Source of the DNA: Thalia democratica
Lineage: Eukaryota
DNA: 64,000 nucleotides
NCBI GenBank assembly: GCA_965202585.1
Contig: OZ241833.1
Location: 34,782,001 to 34,846,000 of the forward strand
Direction: 5' to 3'
Below the pieces are notes generated by a model. It searched no databases, had not been told where the DNA came from, and saw nothing but the letters and a program-made list of their open reading frames with translations. This document shows, one piece after another, positions 40,601 through 52,030 of this stretch. The stretch's first letter is position 1. Each line of letters begins with the position of its first letter. Made by a program: the position numbers and the translations under genes.

Positions 40601-41307
40601 ACTGTACTTTATCATTTTTATATGTTTATTTTTTACAGAACTCTGTGGGCTGTGTTAACTGGTTAACACAGAGAAACGTACGCAAGTTAAATAAAAAACG
40701 TATAGTGCAAATTGTTGTTATTATTGTAAATTCCTACAAACTTGTTTCGTTAGGATCTTTATTAACAAACAAGTAATCTTTTTGAAATTTGTAAACGCAT
40801 CAATGAATGATCAATTTATTAGTTTTATCATAGTTTTTATAAGAAAAACTGCTAAAATTATTTTTCCTATAACTAAAATCAAAAATCAGTCTGTTTATCT
40901 AAGAATAAATTTTACATTTAAAAAATTATTAGTAATCAAGCTAGATCAAAAACTTTTCACCTTTAACTTGTTTTATTTTTCTATTAAACAATCCTATCTT
41001 GTGCTACTTTTTAACACATAACGTATATCCGAAATTCATTAAAAGTTTAAATTTAAACTTTTAAAAACAAGTTCAAAAAAAGATCAACCAACTTTTCATT
41101 CCACTTTTTCATCTGGCCCTCGTTGGCCATGGACAGTGAGTTGCCCACCACGGGCCACGGGTACGGACCGCTGATGTCCGGCCTGTTGACCACCGACTGC
41201 AGGTGGGCCGCGACCATTAGGACCACGAGGGCCGTGAGCAGTAGTGACGAGGTGTGGTCGAAGGACGGCAGGAGTTCGAACAAGACGTGACTGGTGGCAT
41301 TGTGCAT
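29964..41307 (-). CDS. Cytochrome P450, CYP1-family-like (CYP1B/1C/1F-type I-helix), 525 aa, 7 coding exons
   Basis: Exons 41307-41093, 37825-37580, 37023-36852, 34569-34483, 32032-31956, 31205-31001 and 30539-29964 total 1578 nt, with phases consistent. Motifs: TM anchor, SGPYPWPVVGN, YGPIYLIRLGS, SGRPRF, I-helix TDIFGASQDTT, ExxR HEVTR, FTIPH, FDPARF and heme FSAGARKCPG. Confidence 0.93.
34623..34694. repeat. Perfect palindrome centred on an (AT)n microsatellite
   Basis: AAAAATTAAAAATAAACCAA-(TA)n-TTGGTTTATTTTTAATTTTT, followed by a further short (TA)n run. Confidence 0.9.
35267..35404. other. Assembly gap (138 N) within CYP intron 3
   Basis: Run of N. Confidence 1.
36060..36210. promoter_or_regulatory. 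CpG-rich promoter- or enhancer-like module in CYP intron 3
   Basis: Two ATTGG (CCAAT) boxes 32 bp apart (36070, 36102), TTTGAA at 36110, three CACGCNA cores (36144, 36162, 36200) and a CACTTCCT ETS-like site. Motif evidence only. Confidence 0.4.
38159..38383. mobile_element. hAT-type MITE in CYP intron 1
   Basis: Termini CAGAGTTTCCCAAA / TTTGAAAACCCTG, the same type as 7422-7826. Flanks are CTTTAAT / CTTTAAAT. Confidence 0.6.
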
Positions 41308-44300
41308 GCTTGAACTGCGGTTTGTTTTAAAATTTATCTGTTTTTGAAAAAAAAAATAGTTGATGAAAAAAAAAAACCGTTTTAATCTCTCTACAAGTAG
41401 CAAGACCTTTTTTTGAGATTGATGGTGAGTAAAAAGTTTTGTTTTTTACTTTATGGTAAAATATGTTTGGTATTTTAAGCTTTAAATTGAGAAAAAGTCT
41501 TTAAAGTACAAGTTTTTTTTGTTACTTCGTGAACTTAAATTCGAAACTCGTGAAAATTTAAGTTCTAAATAATTACAATTAAAGTATACATTACAATTTT
41601 CACGGTTTATTTTAATATTTAATAAAAATTATTTCATATGTACTGTATAAATTTTTTGGGATTTAAAAGAGCTTATTGTAGTAAAATTGTCAATAATTTA
41701 TAATACTTTAACAATTGTTAATACTCTAATGTTTTTTCTACCGAACGGTTTAAGAAAAGACATTTTTATTGCATTTAAAACTTTGTCAACTTTAATTAAT
41801 ATACACTATGAGGCTTAACTTAGTTTTTTTCTAAACTAACAACTTGTATAGCTTGAAAAAGAACAAAAGCTTTAATTTACAACTTAGTCTAACATAGAAT
41901 CACAACCAACAAAATCTTAAACAGTAAAACTCTTAATTTATGCAAAATTTTTATATCTTTTCAAATTTGTTTAACCATGCTAAAAATACCTAAGCTAGCT
42001 TTAAATTAATTAATTAAGCACACAGTTCTCATAAAAAACACATAACTAAATATTTAAAAAGATCTATACACAGGAACAGTTTTTTAATATAAAAAAGCAC
42101 AAAACCACCTTAAAAACATCTGGGAAAAAGCAAACGGCGAAATTCTATGAACGCAAAAGCAGGAGACCATTTCAGAGTGGTGTTTTGGAATTCAAATTGC
42201 GCTAATTTGAGCTTAAATTCCAAAACTGCTTTCATGTGGCCGTCTCCAGCGCTTTCGGTGGAAGGCAGCCCGGATTGAGAGCAATTTGAGCAATTTTTTA
42301 ATTTTAATTCAGGCTAAAATTTCTCAGTGCGCTGGCTAATTACGGCGTCTACTGAAGCTGCTTTTGGAAATAAAGTTTATTTTTTCGATTTAACCAAAAT
42401 ATTGAGCTCTTATTTTGCTTTAACTAACTTATATCAAAAATTGTATGTAATTATTGTTTAAGGGGTATATAAGATATGTTTTTAAAATATAAAATATTAG
42501 TAGTTTACCTATTAGAATTAAATTAAATTGCTTCGATTTTTAAAAAACATCTTGATTTAAAAAAAAATCTTTACAAAATACACTTAACTATCACTACCAC
42601 TGTATTGGAACTTTATATACAACATTATAACACTTCAGTTTCTCTGCTTAACAAAGAAAAAAATATTTGTATTTTATTTAGAGCTTGAAAAGAATTTTGA
42701 ATAATTCTAAACAGACTGACCTTTGAATTAAATGAGCACTAAATTTACAAATAGTTCGATTTACTTCAGTAAGCAAAATAAACAATAGCATGTTGAAAAC
42801 ATACATCGTAGTAGAATGAGTTTATTCATCGGGCAAAAATTCTTTAGATTTTTCAGCAAATAGGAAACTTTTCAAAAACTAGACTAAGATCTAAGTTTAG
42901 AATTAAATATGTTAATACTAAATATTAGTTACTGAAAAAACTTTGCAATTTTTTTAGCATTATTTTGTTGTTATCTATTTGCATCTTAGCCTTTTCAAAA
43001 AAAATATTCTAGACTTCTAGTTCTTAAGTCGATTTTATTTTTAGTTTATCTAAACTTGAAAAGTTAAATATTTTGTTTATACTTGTTAAACGTGATTTCC
43101 ATAAAGTTTTAAACGGTAAGAATTCGATTTTTTTTTGCCACTGAAATCTGTATCTCTTTTTTAGTTTTTAATTGAGTCGAGTAAGTGTATCAACAGTAAC
43201 ATATTTTTTTTGTTAGTTTTCAATTTATAAAATTTAGAACTTTACCACTTCAAATAAATCAAAGCTAATTTTGAAATGGTTTTTTTTTACATCTCCTTTT
43301 CAAAATATCTTAAGTTAAATTGAAACAAACAAAATAAAAATAAATAAAGTTAAAACCTGTTACCTAAGAATTTACTGCTTTATGCAATTAAAATAAATAA
43401 AAGTATTGGTTTTATAATTTAAGGTAAAATCCTAAAATTGTTAATTAAAAAGTAAGTATTGTAGTATAACTTGTTATTGTGTAAAACTTACAAAAACTTT
43501 TAAAGCAAGTAATATGCGTAATAATAATGTGGAGCCTAAAAACTGGTTGCCTAAATAAGAGATTTTTTGTATTTTATAAACTTAAAAAAAAAACAGATTT
43601 ATACAAAGTACATTTACAAGTGCAGCCGTTATTTAGTCTGAACAAAACGTTGAGTAACTAAGTTTAACTTTTCATTAACCTAAATTTCCAAAACGTAAAA
43701 ATGCATAGCAAAAATAAAAACATTTTCTTAAAAAAATATCGTTTTAACTTATTGACACTCACCATAAGTCGATCAAAGCAGTTAGAATTTTTTCAAACCT
43801 GCCAACTCAAAAGTTAATTTGCTATAATCACCTTCTCGTTCAGAAAAAGTAATGAAATTAAACGCGCGTCACTGCAGAAACAATCGCACACCGCACAACA
43901 ATGAAGTCGCGAGAAGGCCGAACGGTTAAGATGAGGTCAAGAAAACTCGAGTTTGTTTTGTCAAGCCTGCGTGCGAAAAAGCTAAAGAAAACTTTCATGG
44001 TGTCGTTTCGCAGCGTCTAGAAAAAACACTTGAGTAGGTGTTAATTTTTTTTTTTATAATTTTTGCTGAACCAGACGGTTTGTTTTTTGCTTTAAAAAAT
44101 GCAAAGGTTAGAAAATATTTTTTACTAAAAAAAAATTTCTGATTGAAATTCTATGTTACTGCTTTTAAGACTCTATGCTGACATGTGTTTTGAAATAAAT
44201 TACTAAAGTGTTAGTAGTGTTTGAAAATCAAAACTTTTCTAATAGTTATTTAAAAAGTTGAGTTTCCAATTTTTGTTATTAGATATACTTAAAAATTTTT

Positions 44301-44559
44301 TGTGTGTTTTATTTCTTTCTTATCTCTTAAATGTTGTATAGAATTTAAAAAGTTAATTAAACTTAATACCAAACCTATTGAACAAACTAATTTAGCTTCA
44401 ATTTTTCTTACATACTTTTCACATATACCAAAGCTTTATAAACATCTAAACAAAATCTGTTCAAAGCTTGCAGAATTAAACACAACAACCAGAACTTTTT
44501 AGCACAAATAAAGCAAACTGCCACTGCCAAGAGCTGACAAAAAGACTGCTTCTTATCAA

Positions 44560-46190
44560 CTCAACGAGCAACGTTCAACTTTTGCTTGTCATCACAGAAG
44601 CTCTCACGCAGCAGCTAGGCAGTCGCTTTAAATTCGCGCAGACATGTGTTTGCTAAACAAAACGAGAGAGGCGAAAAAGGCGCGCGCGGCGAAAACGAGA
44701 GAGCGTGTCAAGCTCGAGCGAGCGAAAATGCCCAGAAGAAGTTTTCGAGAATTTCGCAGTTCGCACGCGAGCCGTTTCGGCTTTTCCGTTTTCTTTTGAT
44801 GCCAGCGAGCAAATCGCTTTCTCGCAGCGAAGATCGCAACACGCGATTTACCGCGACAGCAGAAAAGAGATGTTTGTTTGAGATGGGAAGCGCTTGCGTG
44901 TAGAGTCGCGATAAGAGGCGAGTTTGTTTGTAATTTTCTCATGGTCTTTCACACTTTCAAGCAAAATTGAAACCGAATTTAATGCGTTTTAAAATTTGGC
45001 GAGGTGCTTTAAAAATTAATGCGAAAAGCCTCGACTTTTATTAAATGATATTTTTTGGTTCCGTTATTTTCCTAAAAACACTCATGATTAATTAAATCAA
45101 TCGATTGTTATAGCAAGCGCATATAAAATTCGATTGACGTCGAATTGCCTTCAATGTTTCTGTGATGTTTTGACATAAACAAAAGCGAATACTAAACTAT
45201 TTACGAATTACACACCCAATTACTAAGCAATTTCCGGTTTTCCAGAAAAAAGTCTTAACAAACTTATTCATTTCCAAACTACTAAAATCGTATTTCGCCT
45301 TAGTTAAACAACATAAAAAACTTTTGTTTGTACACATTTTTTATGCACTATTGGTAGCTAAAAGTTCTTAAAGTTACAATTTTTGTTTCCTGTCAAACGC
45401 ACTTTATCGCGCGGCGTCAAATAACAGCACTGTTAAAAAAAAGTGATTACAAACTTTAAAAAGGGCTTCGATGTTTCACCGGTTGCTGAATTCCGTTTTT
45501 GTTATTCAGTTAGCTTTTGCAACTTAAGACGGAAGGATAAGTTGAGCGGGAATTTGCGGAATTAGGCATTCATTGCAAGCTTACTCACGCGATCGCACAA
45601 ACACTGAAAAGAAGGTTTGGCTTTTCGGCGAATGTTGTTGTTGAAAAAAAAAAGGAATTAACAGTCAGTTTGGTATTAAAAAATTTGTTTTTTCTAGCAT
45701 CATAGTAGCAACAAAAAAAAAAAACTAAAAAAAATATTTTTTTATTTTCAAGGGTGGCGTTTCACTGGTTAGTTTATCTAAACTAAACAAAACCAAGTAA
45801 GTTATCAAATTTACCAGGTAAAAAAACATGATCAATTAAAATAAAACACAAACACACAAAACTTGAACGAAACGAAAAGCCCATCGGTTCAACCGGCGAA
45901 ATTCAACAGTCTCACACGCAACAACAACAACATCCAGCAGCGCAACACGTGTTGCGTGATATAATTAATTGTGACGTCACAGCTCGCGTGCGAACGCGCA
46001 ACGGTGAGCTTGAACCCGGCTCCAAGTGCAAACACGCTGCGAAGGTGGATGCGAAGCTCGCAAGCTGCCCGATTATTTGCTCGTCGGTGGATATTTTGTT
46101 GCTGGCTTAAGTCGGTTTTGATGTTTTAGCAAACAAGTGTTGCGTGGGTTGTGAATTCGGCTACTGCACGCAATCAATGACGTAAGATTT
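44560..46190. promoter_or_regulatory. CpG-rich regulatory island upstream of the CYP1-like gene, with nine XRE (TNGCGTG) motifs
   Basis: XREs start at 44764, 44840, 44894, 45586, 45915, 45952, 45984, 46140 and 46167. There is also an E-box palindrome at 45941-45956 and a CRE at 45970-45981. Confidence 0.55.
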
Positions 46191-49100
46191 TTGTTTTGAA
46201 TAAAAATAATGTCGATTCTTAAGTTAGTTTTAACTTGTTTTTTCTGTTTAGGAATTTTGTAAAGGACTCTGGTTCTGCCAAGGTTTGCTTTTAAACTTTT
46301 CAAGTGTACCGAAAAAAAAAACAATTCCTCTTTGGAAAATAAACAATTTACGTTAATTTTTAGTTATCTAACCCTTGAAGTGTAAATTTATGTTATTTTT
46401 CATAAAAGTGTTACGAAAAATTATTAGATACCAACACAAACAACTAATTAGTCTCTACCAAACAAAATATTACTTAAACTAAATTAAAACACAATTTAAA
46501 AAAGTAAAAAATGTATATACAAACTACTTTTAAAATAAAAACTAAAATTTATATGTTTAATGCATTCAGTAAAAACCAATCACTTCAACCAAACTCTTTT
46601 TTTGCTATTTAGTTCTAGGTTTTCGAAAAACATGTTTTACTTTTAACTCAAACAAATCAGAAATGTTCCTAATTTTTATTAGTAACAAGTTTCAAACAAA
46701 TAAATCAGTATTTTTCAAAGAAATGCACAAATCTGCACGAAGTTGCAGTAGATATATACAAATTACAATTAATATGTATTTAAGTGCTTTGAATAATCAT
46801 TACGTAATTAAACTTTAATGACTTATGTGTTTGAAACTTGCTTTTATCTAATTACAAAACACTTACATTTATGATGTTTAGAGGTTTTACACATGTACTA
46901 CAGAAAAAAACTGTTTCTACTTTTATATGAAATATATGTATTTAAATTTTAACAGTGAAAACATCAAACTATTGTTTTCTATTGGTGTTTCAATTGGTAT
47001 ACTACGATTTTGAATAGTAATTCTTTACTTTTTACAATAACAACTTAATCTTGTCCAAATCTTTTAAATCAAAGCTAATTGTGTTCAAAATAACTAATTG
47101 CATACTTAAAAAAATTAGTTAAAACTAGTTCAAGTTGTTTTTATATAAACATCCATGAACTATTTATCATACTTCTAACAAATACTATCACCTTAAAACA
47201 AAATGCTGCTAACAAGTTTCTGTTGAACATTTCTACTAGTAGTGCAACTTAGATGAAAAAGTTTCTAGTTAAAGCATTTGTTATATATTTTACCTAAGCT
47301 GAACTGCATGTGGAAACTTTATTTTAACGAGTTTGGAACTTTCACTAAAAACAACATTTTTAAGCTTACTGTATGAATTTTAAGTAATAATTTTAGTAAA
47401 TAAAATGAAGAAGATAAAAAAGTATACTACTAATAAACATTACTGAATTAATGATTTTTATATGCTAGCATCTCTTGCAGTTAAAACTTAAGCTTTTAAA
47501 TATGGTCATCACGAGACTAATTGGCAAAGTATTATAAAACAGCTGTTTGAATTACTTTAATAAGCAGCTAATTTAAAATCTAATTTAGCAATATCAAACA
47601 GTGTTTATTAAAGGATTTTTGAATCAGAGTTTCCTGCACTCTTTTTTATAACTACTCAAAAGGCAGAAATTAAAAGAATAATTGCCCCCTTTATTATAAT
47701 TTAAACCTTTGAAAATTGATTACGCATTTTGTTTTTATTTACCTTATTAGTTATTGCCCCTTGATAGCCAAAATCGCCACCAAGAAGCGATATTGTCGAA
47801 ACCGGAAAATCGTTTTCCAAGTATTCAATGTCAGTATCTGAGATAAGGGATTTTTTTTATCAGTATGGAAACTGACACTGTAAATGTTTTAAAAATAGGC
47901 ATAAAAGTTTTCTTTTTATTAGATCGTAATTCGTATCATATAGAAATATTTTAAAGCCATTAAATAATTAAAATTAAGCACGTAATAGTAAAATAGCATT
48001 TTTTAAACAGAACTTAAGTTTGTCACAAACTTTTTACGGTTGTTTAGTTCAGACATTTTGTACTTTTGAATTTTTAATCTATGAAAAATACTTTTAGTTA
48101 TATATTTTAATTCATAGAAAATTTGGAAAAACTAGTTCACGACTACACCTTAGTATTCTACTTTAAACAAAACTTAAATTATATGTATCTTTATTAAATT
48201 GGATACACTTATATATAAAGGACGATAAGCTGAGTTTGATATTTTCAGTAATTCTTAAAACTAACCAAAAATGATACACAATTAATTCATAAGATAGTTA
48301 ATCTGTTCAAAATAACTATAAAAAACCAGCTTAAAGGACTCATAACGGCTTTTAAGATTGTAGTTAAGTCTCTACAAGAAAAGCAGTTTGACCAATGACA
48401 CTTTTGCATGAACTTTGTCCTTGCAAAACGACTTTTAAACAATTTTAATTGTCATTATTTAAATACTGACAGCATTTCATTTGTGTTTTTACCTTTTATT
48501 TACTTAGCTTCACTAAGTCGTCCAGTGCACCTAATAGTTAGTCATAGTTTATGTTAACACAAAGTAAAGAAATAGTATGCTTGTAATAATCGAATAATAT
48601 TTTTTTGAAAACCTTTTCGCAAACTATAAACAACCAATCTTTCACTTTATTTAATGTACGCTGTATAGAAACTTCTTATTACTGGTCTGAGCGTTGTTCA
48701 GTCAAAATACCGCATGATTTTTCACAAGCTACTATGAAGTTGTCACAAAATTATTTTTTTAAATTTTAAGTATATTGATATTGTTAAAGATATTGACAAA
48801 AAAAAATAATTCATTTTTAAATCATTATTTAATTTATGTGTTTAAAACAAATGTTGGCTGTTAGTTGGTGAGAAAGAAGCAAATGCAGTCGGATAACGAA
48901 CTAGAGTTAATTGATGTGCGTTTTATTTAAATATTTCAGTTGCAAACTATGGTTTCATCGACAAGCACTGATTAATGATTTTTTGATAAACACCGTTTAC
49001 GTTGCAGACATGTAAAAAGCACTGTTGTTCAATAGTTTATGTCATGTATTTAAACTTTATTTAGTCATTATTTTAATGCTTTATCATTTAAGTTTTGCTT

Positions 49101-49504
49101 CTTTTCTATCTTCAAAAATAGTTTGTTCTACATGTATATTTACATTGACATAATTCAATATAATACTTTCTCACTTTTTTGATTATAAAACACTCAATGC
49201 TTCATTTGAACTAAAAATATTATGTTGTAAAAAGGTACAAAAAAATAGCACTACTAAAATATACTAATACTTGTAAATTAAATGGTAAAAATACATTTTA
49301 TTTTTCGCTTCAAATGATTGATGATAACATGGATTATTTAATTGTTGTACTATAATTTCTCTCAAAAGTGTAGCCTTTTTGTATACTTTAAAGTTTAAAC
49401 TAATTTTGTTATTCCGAAAGCCAGTCTAGCTAATTAAAAAAATTATTACCAAAACACTACTTATATCCTATATAAATTTAAGTTGTCGTTCAACATTTAC
49501 AAAC

Positions 49505-52030
49505 TTAAACTTTTTCATTTTTCACACTAATTTTTTGAAAAGTAACAGGTGTTATAGTTTAAAAATCATCCCTCTGAACAAAACAAACAAAACTTTATTT
49601 TAAAATATGTTACATGACTTTACAAGTTTTTTTAGAATAACATGTTTGTTTAAATACATAAGAACAAATAAAATATTTTAAACATTTTATTATCACGTTG
49701 TCACGAAACTTCATTCAGAATGTTTAATGAAATGTTTTAAAGTTCCATACAAATCCATGTTCTTTTAGAAATATTAAAAGGCGAAATTAGATTTAGGATA
49801 CTCTAAAATTACCAAATCTTAGTGCTTACTTGTAAAACTATGTTTTATTATAACTTTCTCAACCAAATTAAAAGTGCTCGTAGTTGATAGATTTAAAGGT
49901 AAAGAAAGCATTTTTATAGCTTTGTTAGTCAGTTAAAAAAAGTTTTAAAACATTGCTGTTAAAATAAAATTAAAAAGAAAGTTATGGCTTTGAAATTCCA
50001 AAAAAAATGCCTGCCTTATAGTCTTATTTTACCGAAAGGTCAGCAGGCTAAATTTCTAAAAAAAAAGGTGTAGTTTAGTTTTTACTCTTTTAAAATATTT
50101 AGTGCGTGTTTTTAATTTTCTGTAAATTTTACCTAGGACCTTTTTGTACTCTTCACTTTAAACTTCATAACATCTAATTTAATAAGAAAAAATTCTATCG
50201 CAGGCTAAAATTGTAATCTCGCGAACAGCAGTATACTTTCCATGAGACGCCTGGGGCCTGCAGGTCGAAGTTTGCCGACCCCCGATTTAAGCAACAGTAG
50301 CTCTTCTACAATTTATTCCTTTATGTTTTTATTGAACTTGTTTATTTAACTAAACATTATCCGATAGCAAAATCTAATTGAGTTAACAGCAAATACAGTA
50401 CTTGAGTCTTACTAGCATCAGACAATGTTAGTAATAGACAAAAGTAATAACTTTTTTGGTTTTATACGCAGAAAAAATTAAAAAAGTTGTAAAGTTACTT
50501 TTAATAAAGACTTGTTTTGCCAAGTTATGATTTTAAGTGATTTTGAAAAGCAAATAAATGTCTTTTTATTAGGACATTATTAAACGTAAAAATAAGTTGA
50601 AAAAAACAGCTTTTGTTTTAGACAACGTTAGAACACTTACTGAAAAATAGTAAAAACTTAAAAAAATGATTTAACCCCGTTTTATCGTTATACAACTAAG
50701 TTTATATATAATCTTTAGTTTACTTTTAACTTATAAAATTATAACTCGAAAAGAATTGTTATAAGTGTTAAGTTTTTCATTATAACATTTTTAGTTTGTT
50801 TCTCTTCTTTTCAGTAAGTTACCATCTAAATTCTAAAATACATTTCTGTTGGAAAACTAACAAGAGCTAATCAGTTTGTATTTTACCTAATTGTTTCAGC
50901 TACATACTAAGTTTCATCAGCTAGCACTTATTAAAACAAATTAGCTGAACAATATGCTTAATTTTATTGATTAAAAATCGCTGTTATGTAAGATTTTACT
51001 TCAATATGTATACAATTTTAACAGCTTTTTTGTTAGTAATGTGTACTTCTATAAAAAAAGAATATTTTTGATTTTCATAAACAATCTGTACAATTTCGCT
51101 TATAAAAAGTTTAACAAACATACTTAGATTTTTTGGTTTTTATACTCTAAGCAAAAAATGCATCCTGAAAATGTAATGTTGTGTTAAGCTACAGAAAAAT
51201 TGTAAAAAATATAAATTATTTTAGATGGTCAGCTACTTTTTTGGTTCAGTTAATTTTTTAAGGTTCACTTACTTTTTATCCTTTTGAAACGGAAGTAGAG
51301 TTTATTGAGTTCTTGTAGTGTTCTTTCTCCCTAAAAACTTTTACTGTTATATCAACTATTCCAGCTTTTTCTTCTAATAGGAAGGTTAGTAAAAAATAAC
51401 AAAATATAAAGCTTGAAAAGTGATACCAAGAAAAAAACCTGACTTTACAGAAAGTAAATAGAAAAATTGCTTTTAAGTTATTTAGAATTTAATTGTCTCA
51501 AATTGAAACTTTTTCACAACTATTTTTCTGAAAAGTATCAGTTGTTATAATTCAAAAACCATCCTTCTAAACAAAGCAAATAAAGTTTTATTTTTTAATG
51601 TGTTACATGACTTTACAGGTTTTATTTTACGATGATATGTTTGTTTAAATACACAAGAACAAATAAAATTTTTTGAACACTTTTATTATTAAAATGCTTT
51701 CACGAAGCTAAATTGAGCATATTTATTGGTGTTTTGAAACTATTGCATAGGAATCAAAGTTACTTGTGAAAACTTAAAAAAACAAATAAATTAAAAAAAC
51801 ACGAAATTTAAAAATTATGACTTAATTGCAATCAAATTTTATGGTATTTTTACTAAAAAAATATTTTATCTATGGTTTAGAAGGTAACAGAAAAAGTTTT
51901 GATAACTTTAAAAAAGTTGTAAAAGTTGTATCAATACAAAAGTTTATCTTTTTTAAGAACAAAACTAATAAATTTTAAAAATAAGTTTTACGTCTGAACG
52001 GTGCTGTTAAAACAAAGTTAAAAAGCAATG
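49505..52030. repeat. Diverged direct duplication, about 49505-49990 versus about 51500-52030
   Basis: Shared blocks include TGTTACATGACTTTACA, ATGTTTGTTTAAATACA(T/C)AAGAACAAATAAAAT and GCTGTTAAAA(T/C)AAA. Confidence 0.75.
50010..50283. mobile_element. Degenerate hAT-type MITE
   Basis: The right end GGCCTGCAGGTCGAAGTTTGCCGACCCCCG resembles CAGGGGTCGGCAAAC-type TIRs. The left end is decayed. Confidence 0.4.

Noticed and set aside
43900-44020. 39-codon ATG ORF (MKSREGRTVKMRSRK...)
   Set aside because: It is short, has no recognisable homology and lies in a probable regulatory CpG patch.
44628-44942. ORFs of 104 aa (-) and 85 aa (+) in the CpG island
   Set aside because: There are no family motifs or convincing splice context. 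They are explained by GA/CG-rich regulatory sequence.
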